Shown: positions 45,263 through 54,052 of the stretch, one piece after another
Numbering within the stretch: position 1 is the first letter of the stretch
Layout of the letters: each line of letters opens with the position of its first letter
NCBI GenBank assembly: GCA_965202725.1
Contig: OZ241845.1
Location: 3,782,079-3,846,078 of the forward strand
Direction of reading: 5' to 3'
Length of the DNA: 64,000 nt
Origin: Candidatus Poribacteria bacterium
GTDB taxonomy: Bacteria > Poribacteria > WGA-4E > WGA-3G
Notes under the pieces: model-generated
Database searches by the model: none
The model's input: the letters and a program-made list of their open reading frames with translations, nothing else
Told to the model about the DNA's origin: nothing
Made by a program: the position numbers and the translations under genes

Positions 45263-46738
45263 TTAAACTTCAACTTTGATAAAAATCAGAAGGCTTACCA
45301 TAAATAGCACCAGGTTCATAACGAAAAGGAGGAATACATCCGTCAAGGCGCGTTGTGCGTTTTCGGAGACATCCGCCCGCGCAAAGCGAAACTGTGGCAA
45401 ATCCCACCAATCTACTGCCCCTTGGTCAGAAGCAAACCAGCGTCGACTCGCAAAAGCGTCTTTATCGTGCAAATAGTCAATCAGTGTCTGGCGATACGCC
45501 TGGACTGCGCGGACGAAATCTAACATGCCATTTAGGTCGGTCCCTGCCCAGGCGGAAGTTGCAAAGGTATAGAGACTTGCTGGGCTGAATTTCATCAACC
45601 GTTCATCCCACGTTGCTTGTCGAATAGTGGTCCGTACTAAGCGTTGTTCATTTATCAGTCCTGCCTTTTCTGCGGCTCGGATGTGCGTTGCGCCGATGAA
45701 CGCTTGATAGTTTTGGAAATGCGGGAGACTCGGTTCTGAATCCGCGTTCACTTTGGTCATGTTAAACCCATATCTTCTGCCGGAGGAAGATGATGACCCT
45801 GAATAACCAATATTAAACTTCGGGGGCTCCCCCTCAAGAGGACTGTTGGCTAAGAACCTTTGTTCTTCCCGTTCGACTTCTTCCCAAATCTGGTCAATCT
45901 GTTGATGCGCGGATTGTCTTTCCGCGCGCATGTCGTCCACAGGATTAAGGGTAAATCGGCTCCAGTTCGGATAAACAAGCACCAGAACGACCCACAGAAA
46001 CATACAGAGCATCAGGGATGTAGCCGTGCGGCGGGTCATAGTCGAAATCAACAGCCCAATCAGGTAGAAGACAGATAAGTAGATAATTGTAGTGCCGATG
46101 ATTCCACCAATCCTAAGAAGATCCGCTGCACCCAGCTGGATAGAACGGGCGAGTGACAGCTGAAGCATCACTATCAGCAGGCTCATCAGCACGGGCAGCA
46201 GCAGACATACCATCGCGGCGAGATATTTGGCAAATAGAATCGTCCCTCGCCGCACCGGATGCGAGATAACCAGACGTAAGGTGCCACTTTCCCAATCGCC
46301 TGCTATTGCATCGTAAGCAAAAAGCAGTGCTAATAGACTTAGTACCACTTGAAAGATAGACACCAGATCGATCTGTGAAAAGAGATTCAGATACGGGTTC
46401 TCCAAGTTTCGTGCGGAGACGCTTGAAATCGTAGGCACTTCGCCGTGATAAATTTCAACGGTTGTCCCGAGACGCTTCTCTAATCCGGCACTCAAAAGGC
46501 TAAGCGGGTTCGGGGGGCGTTCAACGAAAAGTTCTAACCGCGAATAGGTTTCTGCCTTTACTGCTTTCTCACGATGAACTTTCGCTTGTTGGCTGTAACT
46601 GGCGACTCGGTTTTCGTGCGCATCGATCAGCACAACAGTATTGGCTACAACGAGCAGGAGTGTAATAACGACAGCGGCAAGGAATCGCGCGCTCATTATC
46701 AGGGACAGGAGCTCTTGGCGCATTAGGCTGTGTAACAT
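45263..46738 (-). CDS. ABC-2-type transporter permease (paralog A)
   Basis: MLHSLMRQELLSLIMSARF.., the FAYDAIAGDWESGTLRL motif, and the same topology pattern as paralogs B and C. Confidence 0.8.
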   Translation of the reverse strand: MLHSLMRQELLSLIMSARFLAAVVITLLLVVANTVVLIDAHENRVASYSQQAKVHREKAVKAETYSRLELFVERPPNPLSLLSAGLEKRLGTTVEIYHGEVPTISSVSARNLENPYLNLFSQIDLVSIFQVVLSLLALLFAYDAIAGDWESGTLRLVISHPVRRGTILFAKYLAAMVCLLLPVLMSLLIVMLQLSLARSIQLGAADLLRIGGIIGTTIIYLSVFYLIGLLISTMTRRTATSLMLCMFLWVVLVLVYPNWSRFTLNPVDDMRAERQSAHQQIDQIWEEVEREEQRFLANSPLEGEPPKFNIGYSGSSSSSGRRYGFNMTKVNADSEPSLPHFQNYQAFIGATHIRAAEKAGLINEQRLVRTTIRQATWDERLMKFSPASLYTFATSAWAGTDLNGMLDFVRAVQAYRQTLIDYLHDKDAFASRRWFASDQGAVDWWDLPQFRFARADVSENAQRALTDVFLLFVMNLVLFMVSLLIFIKVEV

Positions 46739-46765
46739 AATCTAAACCTCAGTGTTGGTTATCGG

Positions 46766-46783
46766 TTATCAGTTAACTGATAA
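46766..46783. promoter_or_regulatory. Perfect 18-bp palindrome TTATCAGTTAACTGATAA (candidate operator) upstream of permease A
   Basis: Read directly from the sequence. It is preceded by a GGTTATC-GGTTATC direct repeat (46758-46771), so GTTATC-like hexamers recur with 7-nt spacing. It lies 28-45 nt upstream of the ATG at 46738 on the minus strand. Confidence 0.35.
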
Positions 46784-46963
46784 CTGTTCAGCAACCCTTA
46801 AAGGCGTTTGTAATTTAAAGATACAATCTAAGGACAAACAGGCTGCTTAATTTCTCAAAATGGAAGTTGCCTTGATTGCACATTATTAATGACGCGTTGT
46901 AGGGAAAAATGGTTGCATAATTTTAAAAAAGATTCGGAGAAAATATGCTTTTTTTGTTAGGAC

Positions 46964-47722
46964 TTACGCAATATTGGGAGATATCGTAGGATTTTGAAGT
47001 TGTTTTCGCGTGTAATCCTGGAGTAAACTCGCTTTAAGTTGGTAAAGCGTTTGACCCGTTGCTTGTGCAGCACGTTTCAGAAATACCCAGACCCATAAAC
47101 AACAAGCAGTAGGGTTGCGTTGGGCACGGTGCTTGCGACACTGACACGCTCCAAGACCCATCGTCTGTCTCAGTTCCCGATGAAGTTGCTCAATTTTCCA
47201 ACGCAGACGCACGTGCTTCTCTGCCGTCTCAGCAGCACATTGAGATAAATCGTTAGCGGCAATATATTCCGTGTGCACGGAGACAGACGCGATCCGAAAC
47301 GCCTTCACTTGAGGACCTTTGGGAAACTTATTGATATGCCCAAGTTTGCCTGTAGTCGCTTCGGCCGAGAACCACGTCAACGTCTCAGCGCGTTGATAGC
47401 CCGAGGCGACTGAAATACTCACAAGGCGATTGCGTTTCAAGGGAGCATAGTGGACTTTACCAAGCCCCTCAATCGCTTTCATGACGTTCATCGTATTAAG
47501 GTAACGTGAGTTTGATAAATAGATCAAGCATTTCTTGAATAGAGACAACCCCCCTTCGGTATAATAGGAGTATTCAACTTTCCCAAAAAAGAGTTCTCTG
47601 ATGAGTGCGGAACGGCTTGGGGATGCCTCGTTTCCATCAGGGTCCCCAGATACTTGGGACATCGCCAGCTCTGTCCGGGAACGCCTCCCATTCATCAGCG
47701 TCTGCACGGGTATTGAATACAT
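46964..47722 (-). mobile_element. 5'-truncated IS701/IS4-family DDE transposase remnant (C-terminal ~250 aa only)
   Basis: The C-terminal pattern ..PLKRNRLV..(A)NDL....AE....Y.LRWKIEQLHRELRQTMGLGACQCRKHRAQRNPTACCLWVWVFLK is typical of IS701/IS4-group transposases. The part of the track ORF above 47722 is antisense to the methyltransferase gene and is not transposase-like. Confidence 0.7.
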
Positions 47723-47735
47723 GCTTTTTCTTTCC

Positions 47736-47764
47736 TTGACATACCTTCCGAAGTTTGCTATTAT
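47736..47764 (+). promoter_or_regulatory. sigma70-type promoter (TTGACA-N17-TATTAT) ending 6 nt before the ATG of RM-like gene 1
   Basis: TTGACA at 47736-47741, a 17-nt spacer and TATTAT at 47759-47764, then agtcgc and the ATG at 47771. There is no Shine-Dalgarno sequence. Confidence 0.5.
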
Positions 47765-47770
47765 AGTCGC

Positions 47771-50700
47771 ATGTTGAAACTTAATCTCAAACCCAACCAC
47801 AAAGCAGTCCGCGACTACTATGCCACGCTGCAAAAATATGAACAACACGCCATCACACACGAAGGCGCCGTCAGCTCGCCCTTTGAAACCCTCCTGCACA
47901 CCTGTGCAAAGCAGGTAAACGCTACGCTCGTCCCACAATACCCCATGCACACCCCGAACGGAAACCGCATCGTTGTTGACGGGGCAATCCTCGACGCATA
48001 CGGACTCCCCCTCGCTTACTGGGAAGCCAAAGATATAGATGATGACCTCGCCAGAGCCGTGCAGGAGAAACAGGACGCAGGCTATCCGCTTGAGAATATG
48101 CTCTTCCAAACACCACAGCGTGCCATCCTTTACCAAAATGGGCAGATAGCCCTGGATCTGGACATCACCGAACCCGCACGCCTGATTGATACTTTGCAAT
48201 ACCTTTTTTCTTATGTCCCACCGGCGTTGGACAACTGGCAAACGGCTGTCTCCGATTTCAGAGCGTATGTTCCAGACCTCGCAAGCAAACTTAAGGTACT
48301 CATCGAGGAACGCCACGAAACCGATACAGCCTTCAAGAAACTGTTCTCCGACTTTTATGAAACCTGCCGCACCTCGATTAACCCAGAACTTTCACAGGAT
48401 GCCGTCGAGGAGATGCTCATCCAGCACATTCTCACCGAACGTATTTTCCGCACCGTTTTCAACCGGTCGGACTTCACAGGCCGGAATATCATCGCTATAG
48501 AGATTGAAAAAGTCAGTGCTGCGCTCATGCGTCATGCGATGAGCAGGGACGTGTTTCTTGAACCGTTAGATCGGTTCTACATTGCGATTGAACAGGCAGC
48601 GACCCTCTGCCGGGACTTCACTCAAAAACAGCACTTCCTCAACACGTTCTACGAAAAGTTTTTTCAGGGGTTCTCTAAGGATGTAGCGGATACACACGGC
48701 ATCGTCTACACACCGCAACCGATTGTGGATTTCATGGTGAACAGCGTAGCACATATCCTCGAAACCGAGTTTGCCCGTTCTTTATCTGACAGGGGTGTGC
48801 ACATCATCGATCCGTTCGTCGGCACCGGCAACTTCATCGTCCGGCTGATGCAGGACATCCAAGGCACTGCGTTAGCGGAGAAATACCGGCATGAGCTGCA
48901 CTGCAACGAGGTGATGCTCCTGCCCTACTACATCGCCAGTCTGAACATAGAGCAGGAGTTCTTCCAGCGCACGGGGGCGTATCTGCCGTTTGAAGGCATT
49001 GCGCTTGCGGATACGTTTGAGCTCCTTGAGAAGGAGCAAGGCGAACTCTTTACGCGTGAAAACACGGCACGTGTGGAAAAACAGAAGGCAGCAGATATGT
49101 TTGTGATTATTGGTAACCCACCTTATAACGCGCGGCAGGTCAACGAAAACGACAACAACAAAAATCGCAAATATCCGACGATGGACGCTCGGGTTGCAGA
49201 CACTTATGCTGCAGATTCCAAAGCGAGAAACAGAAACGCACTCTACGATCCGTATGTGAAAGCAATATTGTGGGCATCGGAACGGATTGGAGAGGAAGGC
49301 ATCGTTGCGTTTGTGACAAACAATAGCTTTGTGGAAAGCATCGCGTTTGATGGTATGCGAAAACACCTTGTAGAAGGTTTCGACGCGATCTACATTCTGG
49401 ATTTAGGTGGCAATGTGCGGAAAGGTCTGAAGGTTTCTGATGCGAATGTGTTCGGCATTCGGGTCGGTGTGAGTATCAATCTGTTTATTAAGACAAGACT
49501 GGCATCATCAAAGAAGCCTTGCATTTTTTATCATCGCACGGATGAGTTGTGGGACAAAGCCCGTAAATTTGAGTTTCTCAATGAACATCAACACATTGGT
49601 GAGCTTGCGTGGCAGTCTATTCAACCGGATGCAAGACACACATGGCTTACCGAAGGATTCCATGCAGAGTTTGATGAATTTATTCCGATGGGAAGTAGAG
49701 CATCAAAGCCGAGAAAAGAAACAAAAATCAATACAATTTTCAGCACATTTGGACCGGGTTTTCAAACCAGTAGAGATGCGTGGCTCTATAACTTTGATGG
49801 AAAAGCTTTAATCCAGAACGTAAAGCGAATGAGTGATTTCTACAATACACAGGTGCTCAAATGGCGGGCGGTGTCACATAATGTGAGAAATGTTGACGAT
49901 TTTGTTGAATACGATGACACCAAGATTAAGTGGAGTTCAGGGTTAAAGCGGAAGTTGGAACAAGGAGAATTAACCGAATGCGCTAAGCCCAAACTTCGAA
50001 CCGCTATTTACCGACCCTTTACGAAAACACATCTGTATTTTGATAAAACTTTAAATCACCGAATGTCGATGTTTCCAATTACTTTTCCTACACCTGATGT
50101 AGAAGTAGAAAATCGGATTATTTGTGTTCCGAGTGTTGGTGGACGCGCTGACTTTTGGTGTTATTTAGTAAACGTTATCGTAGATTTGACTGTAATTTCT
50201 ATAGATATAAATCAATGTTTTCCGTTCTACACCTACGACGAGGATGGCACAAACCGACGAGAAAATATCACCGATTGGGCGTTGGCACACTTCCGAACCC
50301 ACTACCAAGACAACACCCTCACGAAGTGGGACATCTTCCACTATACCTACGGACTCTTGCATCACCCCGGCTATCGCCAGAAATACGAGGCGAACCTCAA
50401 GCGCGATCTGCCGCATATCCCCTTTGCTAAAGACTTCTGGGGATTCGCAAAAGCAGGCGAACGGCTCGCAGACTTCCACGTCAACTACGAATCCGCTCCG
50501 AAATATGAGGGACTGACATACATCGAAACGCCGGGGATGAGGGTGGATTGGCGTGTTGAGAAGATGAAACTTTCTCAGGATAAAACGCAGTTGAAATACA
50601 ACGACTTTTTGACGTTGGACGGTATCCCGGCGGGAGCGTTTGCCTATCGGTTAGGGAATCGGTCTGCGTTGGAGTGGGTCGTGGATCAGTATCGCGTGAA

Positions 50701-50836
50701 AATAGACAAACGCAGCGGTATCGCTAACAATCCCAATCGTGAAATGGAGCCGCGATATATCGTTGACCTCATCGCCCGCCTCCTCACTGTGAGTTTAGAA
50801 ACGGTAGAGATTGTAGAGAATTTGCCCGCGTTGTAA
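47771..50836 (+). CDS. Single-chain restriction-modification-like enzyme 1: PD-ExK-like N-terminus, gamma-class N6-adenine methyltransferase, Type-ISP-like C-terminal specificity region
   Basis: The N-terminal IVVDGAILDAYGLPLAYWEAKD is a D..ExK motif. Methyltransferase motifs are GIVYTPQPIVDFMV, IDPFVGTGNF (motif I) and IGNPPYNA (motif IV). The C-terminal YRLGNRSALEWVVDQYRVKIDKRSGIANNPN is as in Type ISP / COG4889-type C-termini. There is no ATPase/helicase module. Confidence 0.85.
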   Translation: MLKLNLKPNHKAVRDYYATLQKYEQHAITHEGAVSSPFETLLHTCAKQVNATLVPQYPMHTPNGNRIVVDGAILDAYGLPLAYWEAKDIDDDLARAVQEKQDAGYPLENMLFQTPQRAILYQNGQIALDLDITEPARLIDTLQYLFSYVPPALDNWQTAVSDFRAYVPDLASKLKVLIEERHETDTAFKKLFSDFYETCRTSINPELSQDAVEEMLIQHILTERIFRTVFNRSDFTGRNIIAIEIEKVSAALMRHAMSRDVFLEPLDRFYIAIEQAATLCRDFTQKQHFLNTFYEKFFQGFSKDVADTHGIVYTPQPIVDFMVNSVAHILETEFARSLSDRGVHIIDPFVGTGNFIVRLMQDIQGTALAEKYRHELHCNEVMLLPYYIASLNIEQEFFQRTGAYLPFEGIALADTFELLEKEQGELFTRENTARVEKQKAADMFVIIGNPPYNARQVNENDNNKNRKYPTMDARVADTYAADSKARNRNALYDPYVKAILWASERIGEEGIVAFVTNNSFVESIAFDGMRKHLVEGFDAIYILDLGGNVRKGLKVSDANVFGIRVGVSINLFIKTRLASSKKPCIFYHRTDELWDKARKFEFLNEHQHIGELAWQSIQPDARHTWLTEGFHAEFDEFIPMGSRASKPRKETKINTIFSTFGPGFQTSRDAWLYNFDGKALIQNVKRMSDFYNTQVLKWRAVSHNVRNVDDFVEYDDTKIKWSSGLKRKLEQGELTECAKPKLRTAIYRPFTKTHLYFDKTLNHRMSMFPITFPTPDVEVENRIICVPSVGGRADFWCYLVNVIVDLTVISIDINQCFPFYTYDEDGTNRRENITDWALAHFRTHYQDNTLTKWDIFHYTYGLLHHPGYRQKYEANLKRDLPHIPFAKDFWGFAKAGERLADFHVNYESAPKYEGLTYIETPGMRVDWRVEKMKLSQDKTQLKYNDFLTLDGIPAGAFAYRLGNRSALEWVVDQYRVKIDKRSGIANNPNREMEPRYIVDLIARLLTVSLETVEIVENLPAL

Positions 50837-50924
50837 TCCCACATCGAACTTTATCTATACTTTAGGAAAACGCTTAAAAGCTGGTAACTTCAGTCCTACC
50901 GGAAAGATGCCGCCCTTATTCCAC

Positions 50925-50952
50925 TTGACGTATCTTGCGAACCTGCTACTAT
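50925..50952 (+). promoter_or_regulatory. Duplicated promoter copy (TTGACG-N16-TACTAT) ending 6 nt before the ATG of RM-like gene 2
   Basis: It aligns with the 47736-47764 promoter. TTGACG at 50925-50930 and TACTAT at 50947-50952, then atgtct and the ATG at 50959. Confidence 0.45.
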
Positions 50953-50958
50953 ATGTCT

Positions 50959-53900
50959 ATGCCGAAACTCAATCTCAAACCCAATCACAGAGCAATCTGC
51001 GACTACTACGCCACGCTGCAGCAATACCGACAGCACGCCGTCACACACGAAGGTGCCGTCAGTTCACCCTTTGATACCCTCCTACACGCCTGCGCGAAGC
51101 AAGTAAACGCCACGCTCGTCCCACAATACACGATGCGCACGCCGAAAGGAAACCGCATCGTCATTGACGGTGCAATCCTCGACCCATACGGACTCCCCCT
51201 CGCTTACTGGGAGGCGAAAGACACAGCTGACGACCTTCTCAAAGCAGTCGAAGACAAACGAAACGCAGGCTATCCGCTTGAGAATATCCTCTTCCAAACA
51301 CCAGAGCGTGCCATCCTTTACCAAAATGGGCAGATGGCACTGGATCTGGACATCACCGAACCCGCACGCCTGATTGCCGCCCTTCAGTATCTTTTCACTT
51401 ATGTCCCGCCCGCACTGGACAACTGGCACACAGCCGTCTCCGACTTCAGAGAACATGTGCCGGCCCTCGCAACCCAGCTAAAGGCACTCATTGAGCAACG
51501 GCATGCAACGGATCCAACGTTCAAAGAGGCGTTTGCCAACTTTTACGAGACGTGTCGCACCGCGATCAACCCCGAACTTTCAAAGGATGCCGTAGAGGAG
51601 ATGCTCATCCAGCACATCCTCACCGAACGCATCTTCAGGACTGTCTTTAACAACTCCGACTTCACACGCCGAAATATTATCGCACGCGAGATTGAAAACG
51701 TAGTTGAGGCACTCATCCGACAGGCGTTCAGTCGCGAGGAGTTCCTCAAACCCTTAGACCGGTTCTACGTTGCGATTGAGCAAGCCTCGACCCTCTGCCG
51801 AGACTTCTCCCAAAAGCAGCACTTCCTCAACACCTTCTACGAGAAGTTTTTTCAGGGGTTCTCTGAGAATGTAGCGGATACCCACGGCATCGTGTACACG
51901 CCGCAGCCGATTGTGGATTTCATGGTGAACAGCGTTGAGCATATCCTCAAGACCGAGTTTGCCCGTTCTTTATCTGACAGAGGCGTCCTTATGATCGACC
52001 CGTTCGTCGGCACTGGCAACTTCATCGTCCGGCTGATGCAGGACATCCGAGGCACTGCGTTAGAGGAGAAATACCGGCATGAGCTGCACTGTAATGAGGT
52101 GATGCTCCTGCCCTACTACATCGCCAGTCTGAACATTGAGCAAGAGTTCTTCCAGCGCACAGGGGCGTATCTGCCGTTTGAAGGCATTGCGCTTGCGGAT
52201 ACGTTTGAGCTGCTTGAGAAGGATCAAGGGGAACTCTTTACGCGTGAAAACACGAAACGTGTGGAGAGGCAGAAGGCAGCAGACATGTTTGTCGTTATTG
52301 GCAACCCACCCTACAACGCAGGACAGGTCAACGAAAACGACAACAACAAAAATCGGAAATATCAGGCGATGGATGCACGAGTGCGAGAGACATATTCACA
52401 AGACTCTCAAGCGACGAACAAAAACGCCCTCTCGGATCCTTATGTGAAGGCGATTCTATGGGCATTGGACCGTATTGGAGCGGAAGGGGTTGTGGCGTTT
52501 GTGACGAACAATAGTTTTCTTGACGGCATCGCGTTTGATGGGATGCGAAAACATCTTGTAGAAGATTTCGACGCGATCTACATTCTGGATTTGGGGGGGG
52601 ATATGCGGAAAGGATTAAAGGTTTCTGATGCGAATGTGTTTGGGATTCGGGTGGGGGTGAGCATCAACCTGTTTGTGAAGAAAAAGGGGAATCCATCGCC
52701 TCCTCGTATTTATTACTATCCTACCGACGAGTTGTGGAACCGAAGGCGGAAATTCGACTTTCTCAATGAAAGTCAGCACGCAGGGGGCGTTGCATGGCAA
52801 TCTATCCAACCCGACGCGCGCCATACATGGTTGACAGAAGGACTCCACGCAGAGTTTGACACCTTTACGCCTGTAGGGACTAAGGAAGCAAAGGCGGTAA
52901 AAGGTGTAGCTCGGGGCGTAATCTTCAAAAATTACAGTCGTGGTATTAGCACAAGCCGGGACGCATGGGTTTACAACTATAATCGAAACACGCTTAACGC
53001 AATTGTTCAACAAATAAGCCAAACCTATAATGCAGAAGTTGCTCGATGGTCTCAACGGACAAATCTAAATGCCAATCTTGACGATTTTGTTGTATCTGAT
53101 TACACGAAGATTAGTTGGAGCAAAGCATTAAAACGGAATTTGCAAAGAGGAAGGATCGCTGATTTTTCTAAAGAAAATGTTAGGACATCCCTCTATCGCC
53201 CCTTTACAAAATCATATCTCTATTTCGACCGAACACTGATTGAAAGCGTTTATGTTTTTCCATCCATCTTCCCTATGCTGGCAACAGAAACGGAAAATAG
53301 GGTGATTTGTCTGACCGCTATTGGAAGCAAAAAGCCGTTTCACTGTTTGATGACAAAGCAGTTAACAGATTTTCACCTCACAGGCGATTCTCAGTGCTTC
53401 GCCTTCTACAGCTACGACGAAGACGGCACAAACCGATGTGAAAACATCACCGATTGGGCATTGACACACTTCCGAACCCACTACAGAGACAAAACTATCA
53501 CCAAGTGGGACATCTTCCACTATACCTACGGACTCTTGCATCACCCCGGCTATCGCCAGAAATACGAGGCAAACCTCAAGCGCGATCTACCGCATATCCC
53601 CTTCGCTGAAAACTTCTGGGGATTCGCTACCGCCGGTGCACAGCTGGCAGCCCTCCATGTTAACTACGAATCCGCTCCGAAATATGAGGGACTGACATAC
53701 ATCGAAACGCCGGGAATGAGGGTGGATTGGCGTGTTGAGAAGATGAAACTTTCCAAAGATAAGACGCAGTTGAAATACAACGACTTCTTGACGTTGGCCG
53801 ATATCCCGGCGGGAGCGTTTGCCTATCGGTTAGGGAATCGGTCTGCGTTAGAGTGGGTCGTGGATCAGTATCGCGTGAAAACAGATAAACGGAGTGGAAT

Positions 53901-54015
53901 TGTGAACGACCCGAACAGTGAAACGGAGCCGCGATATATCGTTGCCCTCATCGCCCGCGTCATCACTGTCAGTTTGGAGACGGTGGAGATTGTAGAGCGT
54001 TTGCCTACGTTGTAG
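50959..54015 (+). CDS. Single-chain restriction-modification-like enzyme 2 (paralog of 47771..50836 with a diverged central/TRD segment)
   Basis: Same motif set as gene 1: IVIDGAILDPYGLPLAYWEAKD, DPFVGTGNF, NPPY and GNRSALEWVVDQYRVKTDKRSGIVNDPN. I chose the ATG at 50959 (MPKLNLKPNH) by homology with copy 1. The track starts at 50935. Confidence 0.85.
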   Translation: MPKLNLKPNHRAICDYYATLQQYRQHAVTHEGAVSSPFDTLLHACAKQVNATLVPQYTMRTPKGNRIVIDGAILDPYGLPLAYWEAKDTADDLLKAVEDKRNAGYPLENILFQTPERAILYQNGQMALDLDITEPARLIAALQYLFTYVPPALDNWHTAVSDFREHVPALATQLKALIEQRHATDPTFKEAFANFYETCRTAINPELSKDAVEEMLIQHILTERIFRTVFNNSDFTRRNIIAREIENVVEALIRQAFSREEFLKPLDRFYVAIEQASTLCRDFSQKQHFLNTFYEKFFQGFSENVADTHGIVYTPQPIVDFMVNSVEHILKTEFARSLSDRGVLMIDPFVGTGNFIVRLMQDIRGTALEEKYRHELHCNEVMLLPYYIASLNIEQEFFQRTGAYLPFEGIALADTFELLEKDQGELFTRENTKRVERQKAADMFVVIGNPPYNAGQVNENDNNKNRKYQAMDARVRETYSQDSQATNKNALSDPYVKAILWALDRIGAEGVVAFVTNNSFLDGIAFDGMRKHLVEDFDAIYILDLGGDMRKGLKVSDANVFGIRVGVSINLFVKKKGNPSPPRIYYYPTDELWNRRRKFDFLNESQHAGGVAWQSIQPDARHTWLTEGLHAEFDTFTPVGTKEAKAVKGVARGVIFKNYSRGISTSRDAWVYNYNRNTLNAIVQQISQTYNAEVARWSQRTNLNANLDDFVVSDYTKISWSKALKRNLQRGRIADFSKENVRTSLYRPFTKSYLYFDRTLIESVYVFPSIFPMLATETENRVICLTAIGSKKPFHCLMTKQLTDFHLTGDSQCFAFYSYDEDGTNRCENITDWALTHFRTHYRDKTITKWDIFHYTYGLLHHPGYRQKYEANLKRDLPHIPFAENFWGFATAGAQLAALHVNYESAPKYEGLTYIETPGMRVDWRVEKMKLSKDKTQLKYNDFLTLADIPAGAFAYRLGNRSALEWVVDQYRVKTDKRSGIVNDPNSETEPRYIVALIARVITVSLETVEIVERLPTL

Positions 54016-54052
54016 GCGTTTTTCTATTAAAATTGGATGGTGCCGTGCTACG

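Noticed and set aside
47723-48316. The upper part of the 450-aa minus-strand ORF 46964..48316, which would extend the transposase over the start of RM-like gene 1.
   Set aside because: Only the part below 47722 (starting MYSIPVQ..) looks like an IS701/IS4 transposase. The upstream 200 codons are antisense to a strongly supported methyltransferase gene and have no family resemblance. This is an open-frame artefact.
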